Positions 54,016 to 64,000 of a stretch of 64,000 nucleotides of DNA are shown here, in pieces (position 1 is the first letter of the stretch; each line of letters begins with the position of its first letter). Location of the stretch: NCBI GenBank assembly GCA_026026165.1, contig JAPEUD010000019.1:124001-188000 (forward strand), written 5' to 3'. The DNA is from Sarea resinae (taxonomy: Eukaryota). The translations under genes were made by a program, and so were the position numbers. The notes under the pieces are model-generated. The model was not told where the DNA came from, searched no databases, and saw only the letters and a list, made by a program, of their open reading frames with translations.

Positions 54016-54969
54016 CTACGTGCTAAACTTCAGTCCACCATTGGCGCAGACGACCGACCCGGTGCACCATCCCGAGTCTTCGCTGCAGAGCATGGCCACC
54101 ACGCCAGCAATCTCCTCAGGATAAGCCGCCCTGCCCTTGAGCTTCTTCGCCCTCTCGAGAACCTCGGGCGGGTCGATGCCTTCTCGGACCGCAGCCAACG
54201 GCGTCATTTGAGCGGGAAGAGACATGAACTCCATGAATTCGTCCGACACGCCATTGAACATGTCCGTGTCCACCGGCCCGGGATTGACGGCGTTCACGGT
54301 GGCCCGCTCGGCCAGCTCCCTTGCCCACGTTCTCGTCATACCTTCGACTGCGGCTTTGGAGCCGCCGTAGATGGACTGTGTGACGGCTCCCATGTTCGAC
54401 GAGACCGACGATAAGTTGACGATACGGCCGGAACGATCGTGTGGGAGGTACGGCATGGCCGCCTGGATGAGCAGAAGAGGTCCAAGGACATTGATGTTAT
54501 ACGTCTGGTGGAAAATCTCGGGTGTGCTCTCCTCAATCGGAACGTTGATAGAGATGCCGGCATTGTTGACGATGATGTCGATCTGGAATTTGCCGGTTTT
54601 CGGGTGTGCAAAGTGATTCTTGGCTGTCTCGACGATCAGAGGCGGACCGCCAACCGTGCCCAAGTCTGCTTGCACGGTGATAGCGTTGATGCCATGCTCT
54701 CTTTGGAGTTCTTCTGCAAGTGCTTCCGTGGTCTCCGTGCTCTTGTCCGATGTGTAGTTGAGTACAAGAGATGCCCCCTTGCTCGCCAGATTCCGGGCGA
54801 TGGCGGCGCCAATGCCTAGAGGATAGATATTAGCGGTGCGTACAATCTCTATGGGAGAATATGTACCTCTGGAGCCACCAGTGACAATGGCAAGCTTTCC
54901 TTCCAGCGATCGGAAGGTCTGATTGCCGAGATTCGTGGAGCTGGCTCTTTGGTATCCGGGGCGCGACAT
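54016..54969 (-). CDS. Short-chain dehydrogenase/reductase (FabG-like)
   Basis: TGGSRGIG (after removing the in-frame 51-nt intron 54866-54816), IVNNAG, YGGSK, VNAVNPGPVDTDM and WCTG. Confidence 0.9.
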   Translation of the reverse strand: MSRPGYQRASSTNLGNQTFRSLEGKLAIVTGGSRGTYSPIEIVRTANIYPLGIGAAIARNLASKGASLVLNYTSDKSTETTEALAEELQREHGINAITVQADLGTVGGPPLIVETAKNHFAHPKTGKFQIDIIVNNAGISINVPIEESTPEIFHQTYNINVLGPLLLIQAAMPYLPHDRSGRIVNLSSVSSNMGAVTQSIYGGSKAAVEGMTRTWARELAERATVNAVNPGPVDTDMFNGVSDEFMEFMSLPAQMTPLAAVREGIDPPEVLERAKKLKGRAAYPEEIAGVVAMLCSEDSGWCTGSVVCANGGLKFST

Positions 54970-56283
54970 CCTTTCTGTGAGCCCGAGGGTCTAGAATTCA
55001 CTTGAGTAAAAGATTGATCTTTTATCGCTATCAATTGAGGACAGTGCTTTGCTTAGAAGAAGAGGATCTGTCCTGCGGGTGGACAAGTATTGTTATTTAC
55101 TCTCGAGAGCATTCGAGCATCTTACAAAGCTCTCGAGGCTAGCGCGTGGGTGGGGTGGTTGAGTGACGCAATGACGCCACCATTGTAATCGGCGCTGGCC
55201 GACTCAACCAAGGAGGGAGTCAATTGAGGAGACAATCGCCTATGCATACTGCTGTATGTTTCCGATATGAGACATGAATTCTTCCATCGAGACAGCTTCC
55301 TCTCTGTTTGATCTAAGATGACCGCCAGCTCTGTCGTAGACGTCCTAAAATATGGTATCGAATGGTCGATGAAGTAATCACTGTTTCTGCTCACCAATAC
55401 AACCGCCCCTGAGCCCTCTCCGTCTGTTTTCCTGATCAAGAAACAAAGCCCAGTATCTATCAAACTACAGGGCACATTGTGCTCCTGCTGAGAACTAGAT
55501 ATACAAATCCCGATCTCCTCGCATCGATAAAGCTCGCCCGAGGCAGCTCGAACCTCCTTCCCAGGGTGCATCATACATTCCTGAATCTGATCTCGTCAAT
55601 CGGTAGCGTGGAATGACCTCAGACCGGGAAGAAGAAGAATGAAGCCTCAAATGCGGCTGTGAAGTGCCGTCTCGATGCTGAGCCTCAGCGATCACCGTGC
55701 GCAGTGAGAATCACCGTGTGTCGTGCAGTGCGGCTTCGAGATCGATCGCTCGCTCGCTTGAAGAAGCGAACATACGGCGCGACCGGTACATCGATCTCGA
55801 TCATGGAGAACGCCTTTTCAGGAACAGATACGGTACTCGTAATGATGAACCACAAGGGGCAAAAGCTGCGAAGCGAAGCGAAGCGGAACAATGGCGAGGC
55901 CGAGAGGGTGGGCATCGACGGTGCGATTTCTCAAAACGGTAGGCTTTGCGATGGTGGGGGCCAGATAAGCTCAGAGCGGGTTGTTGTTGTGCCTTTAGGC
56001 TGTTTTTCCATCTTCCAACAGGGCTGTGCCAGCTACCTTATCCATTGAGTGCGGCCGTTAGCGGGGCTGAGCAGCAGTAGTTTACATCGCAGTAAGCCAA
56101 CTCAGACGTGAGAGTAAGCAGAGGATATGTCTGAGTAGTAGGTAGGCAGTATATAGGAAGGCTTTCAGGCCGTTCTGCTACGATTCGCATTCAACATCTC
56201 ACTCAAGCTCAAGTGCAGAGGAAAGTCCTCAAGCAACAGAATCAGCAAGGCAAAGCGTGAACCGTCACTCATCGATCGTCACT

Positions 56284-56928
56284 ATGGGCGTCGCAGAACC
56301 ACAATCAGAGCTCCCTCCTCCATACACCCGCACAGACGACAGACCCCCGGCCTATACGGCCCCTGGCGTTGGCCAAGCAAGCTCTTCATCTGCTCGGGAG
56401 CAATTCCCAGAAGTGCTACCACCTCGCGGCGCCCAGTCGAATTCGAGCCGGCAGACACCAGAACACTCTCCTGCCACCTCCTCCGCAACACCGCCGGCTA
56501 AGAAAGACCACAAATGGCAAAAGAATCTGGCCAACTTCCTACTATCAACAGCGGACTCTCAGAGAGAATGGGAACAGATGCGGAAAGATTCCATGCGTGG
56601 ACAACGTCAGCAGGTGCGCCGGCCGATCAATTCCGGGATACATGGAGCAAAGGTCGAGCTCCGAGCTTCCCTACTGGAAAAGATCGGGGAAAGCATGCTC
56701 GGACCAGATGAACGGGCCGCGAGGGAACGGGACGCGAGAACAGATCATCGAGCAGAGAGGAGAGACATGGGGGAACTGGAGGGGTTTGCGAGATTCGGCG
56801 ATCGAAGGGAGCGGAGAGAAATGCGACGCTTTGGCCGGTACGGCGAGTACGAGGACCGAGGAGATTTGAGACGATCCAGAAGGGCCGAAAGGCTGGAGCG
56901 GAGATACAACGGACGATGGGATATATAA
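56284..56928 (+). CDS. Hypothetical protein with two N-terminal PY motifs and an Arg/Glu-rich tail
   Basis: About 214 aa ORF from ATG 56284, with LPPPY and PPAY motifs. TATA-like GTATATAG near 56149. Confidence 0.6.
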   Translation: MGVAEPQSELPPPYTRTDDRPPAYTAPGVGQASSSSAREQFPEVLPPRGAQSNSSRQTPEHSPATSSATPPAKKDHKWQKNLANFLLSTADSQREWEQMRKDSMRGQRQQVRRPINSGIHGAKVELRASLLEKIGESMLGPDERAARERDARTDHRAERRDMGELEGFARFGDRRERREMRRFGRYGEYEDRGDLRRSRRAERLERRYNGRWDI

Positions 56929-58250
56929 CGCGATAGATGCGAGAGGAATTCCCGGGAGTCAAGGCGTTCGTCGAGATGGAATGGAACCCATGGGGTTCGG
57001 ACATTTGCTATATTCCTGCTATTCCGAATACTGCCTCTTCTTTCTATTGTACATGTCTTGAGCTGCTCGAGCCAGACTTTGCTTCATTTGACAGAGTCAT
57101 AGACTGATTCTCTTTTCAAGGTCACGGTCTCCTTGATCAATAGTTCATCATGGTGAAAGTTGATCGACGCAACTGGCTCTGGTGACGCGGTGGAGCTTGG
57201 ATCTGACAGCATTCCACATGCAACCCAACGCGAAGACTGACGAGAGGCTGTTCCAGGCTGTCAAGGCACGTGGAGGGGGCTGAGGCGAAAGCAGCCATAC
57301 TATGATAGACTGCCCGCAAACTGCTACTCCAGAGTGCGGCGTATGTACGAAGTACTCGGGAGTCCCTATGCAGTACTTACATAAGCGAGTGCTGCTGAAC
57401 CCGAGAGATGGGCGGCTACTGTACGAGGGTACGAGGGGTGCCGAATGGACGCCAAAGTGGCGCCCAAGTCAGGAACAGGAAGGGATCGAGGGCAAGCTGA
57501 AACGACCATGTCTAGCGGTGAGGCCACGATCGCCAAAGGCCCAACCGCCCCCTACCACACTCCCTTTCAGGTACCCGGTACCCATGAAGTTCTGTTCCCC
57601 AACTCGACGGTCCCTGAGGAGCAAGACGTGCGGCGCAAGAGGGCAACGTCTTCTCTCGTCCAATTGCCCAGCATGCATGGCAAAGTGACTGCTACGTGGT
57701 ACGCCTCTTGCACCTTTTGCAATCCGCGAGACTTCGCGCGTGGAGCATCGTAGCATGGATGCATCACCTCACTTCCCCCTTCAGCGGGAAGCCGTCTGTC
57801 TCAGGTTCACGACGAACCCACTCACGCACCGACACTGCCTCCGGGCCAGGCACGCGCAGCCAGTCAGGCCAAATGAGATCTCGCCGTCATCCCTGATGCG
57901 ATCAACAGCCACCTCGACGGGGCCACGCCCAGAGCGGGCGGGTCCTTGGGCTATCGTCCCTATCGGTCCTCGGATTGGCGTGCAGTGCAGGATCTGCTTC
58001 ACCATCAGGCCAGCGGCTCGTACTCTACTGAGTACTACGTAGTACTCCGGAGTAGTCCTCGTACTCTGTATTCATACCCGGAGGAGTAAAGTAGGAGGTC
58101 CAATGATACCACCTCGTACCTCTCCACCCCACCACCGCTGCTAATGCACCCAAGTCACTTCCCGGTACTCCGCCCCTGACTAGCCCGTTCGCTCCCCTTC
58201 TCCTCCACATTCTTTCTCATTCACCCTGGTCTGAACGCCTTCTCCTCCTC

Positions 58251-58283
58251 CTCTTCTTCTTCTTCTTCTTCTTCTTCTTCTTC
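58251..58283 (+). repeat. (CTT)n / CT-box pyrimidine tract upstream of the Asp f7-like gene
   Basis: Tandem TTC within a polypyrimidine stretch typical of fungal core promoters. Confidence 0.8.
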
Positions 58284-58665
58284 CTCTTCCTCTCTCTCTC
58301 CTCCTCACCACATCAATCCAGACACCTGCCCGCATCTCCAAAACTCTTCACATTCTTTACAGACTTGAGGTCTTGTTGCATATCCGTCCATCACTTTCTT
58401 TCACTGAAGATATTCACTCTCTCGAGACTCGCATCTCATCTTCCTTCGTTCAGGGTTTCAGGTTTCACCCGTTGCAACAATTTCGGTCATCGTGAACCGC
58501 CAATCTCTTCGCACGTCGAACCACAAGCAATATCTACGGGCAGGCCTCCGCAAGAACCAACCCACATCTCGAATCGCTAGTCGATTCTTGCCAATCTCTC
58601 ATCCGGACAGATATCCAAGCCTCTTTCTCTCTCGAGATATCCACAGCTCCAACAGCAACCTCAAA

Positions 58666-59529
58666 ATGAAATCCTTCGCCATCGTCGCCCTTCTCGCCAC
58701 GCTAAGCGCGGCTGTGCCGCTCCGTCAGCGCGACTACGCCTACGAGACCGTGACCAATGATGTCGTTCAGACGACTTCTGTCACGACGACCGTCTGGGTG
58801 GACGCTACTGACGGCGCTCAAACCGCTGCCGTAACGAGCGCAGCGTCCTCGGCACCTCCAGCCTCTAGCACTCCTGCTACCTCGACCACAACTCAGGCTC
58901 AAGAACAATACCAGGCGCCTGCAGCTTCCTCAGCGTCTGCCTACTCGGCGCCAGCCACAAGCTCTCAAAACCCCGCAGCCTCTCCCAGCACGACGGCGTA
59001 CTCAACCCCATCCTCCACTTACCAACCCTCGACCCAAGCGCCATCGACGACGCCAACGTCGACCTGGGTGCCCAGCTCCACGACCCCCACATCCACGACC
59101 CCCACATCCACCTGGAGCCCCACCTCATCAGCCTACAGCACCAGCAGCGCTGCTGCCACCACCAGTGCCAGCTCCGGTTCCGGCTCCGGCTCAACGCCCT
59201 GCCCCCCCGGCTCCCCATGTGTGGGCGAGATCACTTACTTCCAAGCGGGTACTGGCGCGTGCGGTAACACGGTTGACGGCAGCTCGGACAGCATCATTGC
59301 CATGCCCTTTGAAATGATGGGGTCAGAGTCAAACGGCAACCCCTTCTGTGGCAAGGGCGTCAAGATCTCGTACGGCGGCAAGACGATTGATGCTGTCGTC
59401 CAAGACAAATGCCCCAGCTGCGACGGCAACCACATCGACCTCTCCGAAGCCGCATTCACGCAGCTCCTTCCCGAGGCCAGCGGAACCGCGACCGCAAGCT
59501 GGTGGTTCGCCGAGCCAACGAGCAGCTAG
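58666..59529 (+). CDS. Secreted Ser/Thr-rich expansin-like/RlpA-DPBB protein (allergen Asp f7-like)
   Basis: Signal peptide MKSFAIVALLATLSAA, S/T/A-rich linker and C-terminal GEITYF..GTGACG...NPFCGK...VQDKCPSC...IDLS..AF domain. Confidence 0.88.
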   Translation: MKSFAIVALLATLSAAVPLRQRDYAYETVTNDVVQTTSVTTTVWVDATDGAQTAAVTSAASSAPPASSTPATSTTTQAQEQYQAPAASSASAYSAPATSSQNPAASPSTTAYSTPSSTYQPSTQAPSTTPTSTWVPSSTTPTSTTPTSTWSPTSSAYSTSSAAATTSASSGSGSGSTPCPPGSPCVGEITYFQAGTGACGNTVDGSSDSIIAMPFEMMGSESNGNPFCGKGVKISYGGKTIDAVVQDKCPSCDGNHIDLSEAAFTQLLPEASGTATASWWFAEPTSS

Positions 59530-60266
59530 ACGAAGCATGTACAACCCTCTTTCTTGTCCACGCCGTCTCTTTGTTCCATTCGTTGTCTTTGTTCCGTTCT
59601 TTCAGCATCTGGCGTTGCATTCTCGGGGAAGGTGTTTCTTTTCTTCGGAAAAAAGGGAGAATCATGTCAAGGAAGAGCATTGCGCTTCTCTCCGCTGCCG
59701 ACACTTTGGACGTCGTTGCTTTCCCAGCTGGTCTCGGGAATACGCGTCTCCTCAGCATAGCTTCTTCATCTTCTCATTCCTTTCTTTGATGAAGCAGAGC
59801 AGAGGGAAGCGGAATGTGCACTCTTCATGGGCGGTTGGGTGTGTAGCGTCTTACGATTTGCATGGCTTGGCGGCATTGAGGGGGTGAGGGCAGATGGGAA
59901 GTAAAATCTGCATCTCAGATATATTTGTATATTGCAGCCGGCCTGGCTCCTGCTTTTCCTTTCAACGTTCGTCCTCGTCTGTGGTCCCCACTGAGACATA
60001 GTAGACATGGAGAAGAAGCAAGCAATTGAATATACAATCTGCGAACCACCTCAGCTGATCATGTCGTTACGTGACGGATCCCGTGTACTGTAAAGAAAAT
60101 CCGAGATTCTTCTGACCTGATATATAATACAAGGGTCGCTTTTCGAGGGACACATACACTTGCGATGGAATGAAATGCAAGACACGCATCAGTGCGCAAA
60201 GCACCACCTCTGAAGCCTGCCCTTCAAGGGTCTCCCATTGACTCTTCATCCCCACCCGCCCTCTCG

Positions 60267-61592
60267 TCATTTCCGCCCTTCTCCATTCCGCTCCACCAGC
60301 ATGTCCCCTCGCATCTCCTTCTGGCCCTCTTCCCCGCCTTCCCTCTCCATCTCTCCCAAACCCCAATACCTCACCGCCCACTCGGCGCCCAACCCGACCG
60401 TGACGGCGCCGCCCGTAAACCACGCGCCCCACCGGAACCACCACCAGCAATCCCGCACCTCGTGCAACCTGACCCGCCAGATCATATTCGCGAGCGTGAC
60501 GCCCGCGCCGCCGACACCGAGCACGAAAAACGCGGGGCCGGCGCCGACGGCGACCCCGGCGGCGCTCAGACACGCCAGCTGGGCGGCCGCGAGCCCGCAC
60601 AGCAGCGGCTTGGTGTCGTGGCGGTGGGCCAGGGCGATGGACTTGATGCCGGCGCGGGCGTCGTCGGCGGCGTCCATGTGCGCGTAGATGGCGTCGTAGA
60701 GGACGGTCCAGGCGACGTTGGAGGCGTAGAGGCAGGCCGCGGCGGCGAGGAGGGTGGGCGAGGCGAGAGGGTCGAGGTGGAGCGCGGGGAAGCCGAGGAG
60801 CGCGCCCCAGGAGAAGGTCAGCCCCAGGATGAATTGCGGGTAGTGCGTGTAGCGCTTGGCGAGCGGGTAGAGGGTCACCAGGGCCAGGGAGGGCGTGGCC
60901 CAGTAGAAGGTCGAGGGGAGCGGGAATTGCAGGAGCAGGGTGAGTCCCGCGAGCAGCTGGGCGCCCGTGAAGAGGACGGCGTTTTGCGGGCTGATGGCCC
61001 CCCGCGCGAGCGGCCGGTGCGCGGTGCGTGTGACGAGCGGGTCGAGGCGGCGGTCCCAGAGGTCGTTGATCGTGCAGCCGGCGGAGCGCATGATGAGGCT
61101 GCCGGTGGCGAAGAGGAGGATCGTGGACAGGAGCGTGCTCGGGGGTGTGATGGGCGTGGTTAGGGGCGCCGCGAGGAGGGTCGAGAAGATGCACGGGAAG
61201 AGCAGGTAGTATGTGCCTGTTGGTTTGTCGAGGCGCGCGAGCTCGGCGTAGGGGACCAGGGGGGCGGGAAGGTGGGAGAGGAGGCCGGTCGTTGGGGGTT
61301 GGTAAGGGGGCAGGTTTGCGGGGGAGGGGGTCGAGATGGCGCTAGTGGCTGTCGTGGAGGGGCGGATGGTGAGCGCGAGGGTGGATGGGGATCGGGTGGT
61401 GGTCGTCGTGGGGCGTGATGGGGCAGTTGAGAGAGCGGATCGCGGTGGTGGTATGAGGGCTCTGGCGGTGGATGTTGTACGGGTGAAGGAGAGGGTGCAG
61501 GTGAGTCGGGATGATGAGGGCGTGCGGGAGGAGAGGCGCAGGTTGAGGACGGGGCCGTGATGGCAGATTAGACGTGGTATTTTAGATGCCAT
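60267..61592 (-). CDS. COQ2: 4-hydroxybenzoate polyprenyltransferase (UbiA family), mitochondrial
   Basis: Single exon with presequence, PYAELARLDKPTG, GCTINDLWDRRLDPLVTRT..RPL, YPLAKR and YDAIYAHMDAADD. Confidence 0.95.
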   Translation of the reverse strand: MASKIPRLICHHGPVLNLRLSSRTPSSSRLTCTLSFTRTTSTARALIPPPRSALSTAPSRPTTTTTRSPSTLALTIRPSTTATSAISTPSPANLPPYQPPTTGLLSHLPAPLVPYAELARLDKPTGTYYLLFPCIFSTLLAAPLTTPITPPSTLLSTILLFATGSLIMRSAGCTINDLWDRRLDPLVTRTAHRPLARGAISPQNAVLFTGAQLLAGLTLLLQFPLPSTFYWATPSLALVTLYPLAKRYTHYPQFILGLTFSWGALLGFPALHLDPLASPTLLAAAACLYASNVAWTVLYDAIYAHMDAADDARAGIKSIALAHRHDTKPLLCGLAAAQLACLSAAGVAVGAGPAFFVLGVGGAGVTLANMIWRVRLHEVRDCWWWFRWGAWFTGGAVTVGLGAEWAVRYWGLGEMEREGGEEGQKEMRGDMLVERNGEGRK

Positions 61593-62362
61593 GATAGAGG
61601 AAATGGGTAGACTGATGTCCGTTGGTCAGCAGATGCTCAGATTGCCTAGGAGTTGGTGTTCTACCTGGAAAGTCCGAGATTCAAGACTGTAAAGAATGAA
61701 TATAATTTGGGTCGGCTGTCGAATGTGTTGATTTTAGATGAGAGATTGGGCCGGAGAAGAAGGTGTGTGCTGCTCCTGACTTGTAGATATCTGTGCTCTT
61801 CATCAATTGAGCGCTCTGGTGGCTTCGATTGAATCCCAGTTAGGTCGAGGCAGAGCAATTGGGTGAGGATACATGCCTGGATGACTTTCCAGATGCGACG
61901 GATGAATCGTGGAGGAAGATGTTGGAGATGGAGCTTGATAGATTAGATCGATAAGATCTGTCGATGTCTTATTGTTCGAGGTTCAATGGACACGGGTTAC
62001 GTACCGCGGACTCGAGATGTGAATGCGATGACAGAACACGGCCTGCCCGCCCGCATTCCATTCAATTCAACTCCACTCAACTCCACTCAAATCTTATTAT
62101 CGCGAGTTTAGGATATCTACTGCTCTATCTGAAGCCTTCGAATCTCGGACAGTCCGGGGGCCTCTCCCAGGTAGCTTGGTCGGAGCTTCATACGTTGCGA
62201 CAACAAGCTGTCTGTCGTCGCTCGTCTCGTCTCGTCTCTGTTGATCCTCCGCTCAAGATGTCCTCAGCCTCCTTGGCCTGACGCCGTCGGTCCCTTTTCC
62301 TTTGAAAGACCAAACGCAATCGTGGTACATGCCGCCTCCCTTCTTTCATGCACTGAATCATC

Positions 62363-64000
62363 ATGCCTGCGCAATTGCCTCGAGCGTCGTTCGAGCCCAT
62401 CCCGCCAGACCTGGACCTCGACGCTCTGGTAGAATCGACGCCGAATTTCCACTATGTGACGAGGATCACCGTGGACATGATAGAGGAGCGTGGTCGCGAT
62501 GAGTTTGAGAAGCTGGTCATGGCCCACGTCCTGAAGGGCGGCAAACCGTTGGTCATTGAAGGCTTCCAGGACCGGTGGGACCAATCGCTGTTTAGTCCTC
62601 AATGGCTACGGAGTCGACACGGAACCAAAGGTGCGTACATGGGGGACTTACCTCTGTTCGTGAAACTAAGCACTGAACGCTGTAGTCGAAATGGCGACGG
62701 ATCTGACCCTTCATCAACCTATGCCCCTCACCATTGGACACTATCTGAGAAACATGGGTAAACTTACCAATCAGTGGAACAGGCATAACTACAAGGAACT
62801 CGAGCGGCAAAGGATCTATCTCAAAGATATAGACTGCCCCCCCGCCTGGCATGAGAAGCTCAAAGCCCTGATACCACCTGGGGTGTTCTACCTAAACGAA
62901 AGTGTTGGCTCCGAAGGGGGCCCTGGCTCGACTGCAGCCCGCTCACCGGGTGGGAGGATGAGGACTACCAAGGGAATTGCCAAGGCGGGGGATTTGATGA
63001 GCAGCTTACCTGATGAGATGAGGGCAGAGAACCTCATGTGCTACATTGGTCACGAGGGCACCTATACGCCGGCACATCGAGAAATGTGTGCCAGCTTCGG
63101 TCAGAACATCATGGTTGAAACGTCCGAGCGGGGCGTGGACCAAGACGGCAGCCTTGAGAAGCCCGGCTCTTCTATATGGTTCATGACCGAGACTCAAGAC
63201 CGTCACATGGTCTCAGAGTACTGGCTCTCGGTCCTCGGGCACGATATTGAGATCGAGGCGCATTTCGCTCAGATCAACGCTTGGAAACAGGCACCTTTTA
63301 CGACATATGTAGTGGAGCAGAAAGTTGGTGATTTTATAATCATACCGCCTCTAGCTCCGCATCAGGTTTGGAACAGAGGCACTCGGACCATGAAGGTAGC
63401 ATGGAATCGAACGACGGTGGAGACCCTTGAGATGGCTCTCAATGAGGCATTGCCTCGAGCAAGATTGGTCTGTCGAGACGAACAGTACAAGAACAAAGCC
63501 ATCATCTACTGGACACTGAAGAAATATTCAAGTCTGCTTGAAAGTATACAACAACAGTTCCTCAACGCGCCGGATGACGAAACGGCGAATCGCTTGGCCC
63601 GGAATCCAAAGATACGCCAGCTCGGAAAGGACTTCAAACGACTGTACGATTTTTATACTAGCATCCTTCTTTCGGAGATGTTTTCACCCGCCGAACCGCG
63701 GGAAAGAAATATTGAATACCTTCCATACGACAGTTTTGTGACGTGCTCATATTGTCGTTGCAATATATTCAATCGATTCCTCACGTGCAAGACCTGCATC
63801 ATCCCGTTGGAACATGACGAGGAAGATACATATGACATATGCATGGACTGTTTCGTCATGGGTCGAAGCTGCGGGTGTATATCGAAGTTGAAGTGGGTTG
63901 AGCAGTTCAAATGGGAACAGCTGACGGAGCATCACGAGCGCTTTAGACAGCAGCTCATTGATCTCTCCGGCAAAGGCGATCCGCCTCCAACTCTCCAGAA
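62363..64000 (+). CDS. JmjC-domain protein with Cys-rich zinc-finger region (3' end outside the window)
   Basis: Exon 1 62363-62630, intron 62631-62685, then an open frame to the window end. Contains YLKDIDCP, GHEGTYTPAHREMCAS (HxE), VEQKVGDFIIIPPLAPHQVWN (distal His) and CSYCRCNIFNRFLTC. Confidence 0.88.

Noticed and set aside
57302..58042. Short overlapping ORFs (e.g. 57445-57753)
   Set aside because: No domain, splice or codon evidence; lies within the GTAC-rich upstream region of the Asp f7-like gene.
60067..61194. 323-aa (+) and 375-aa (-) ORFs overlapping COQ2
   Set aside because: Shadow or alternative frames caused by very high GC content in COQ2.

Overview
Gene-dense eukaryotic DNA from a filamentous ascomycete (Pezizomycotina-type introns of about 50-180 nt, GTRNGT...RCTRAY...YAG). 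I reconstructed about 25 protein-coding genes by hand splicing. Most are housekeeping: a 5'-only putative mitochondrial protein, Cwf18, an R3H/SUZ protein, a ZCCHC10-like zinc-knuckle/RS protein, two SDRs, HEM2, a p24 protein, SWC4, RSP5, PAB2, an RTA1-like protein, CCZ1, FMT1, an STF2-like protein, DRE2, NUP133, casein kinase I, an EamA transporter, an Asp f7/expansin-like protein, COQ2 and a JmjC protein. Two further ORFs are orphans. I found no tRNA, rRNA, CRISPR array or intact transposon. The most striking signal is an apparently obligatory AT-AC intron (6287-6357) with U2-type internal signals; it splits the CCHC zinc knuckle of an SR-like protein. Other notable points are an ATG start codon split by an intron in the STF2-like gene, dense GTAC/palindrome patches in promoter-side intergenic DNA, and TpA-rich RIP-like patches plus GC-rich, repeat-expanded gene ends at convergent termini. 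All family calls come from motif recognition, not database searches.
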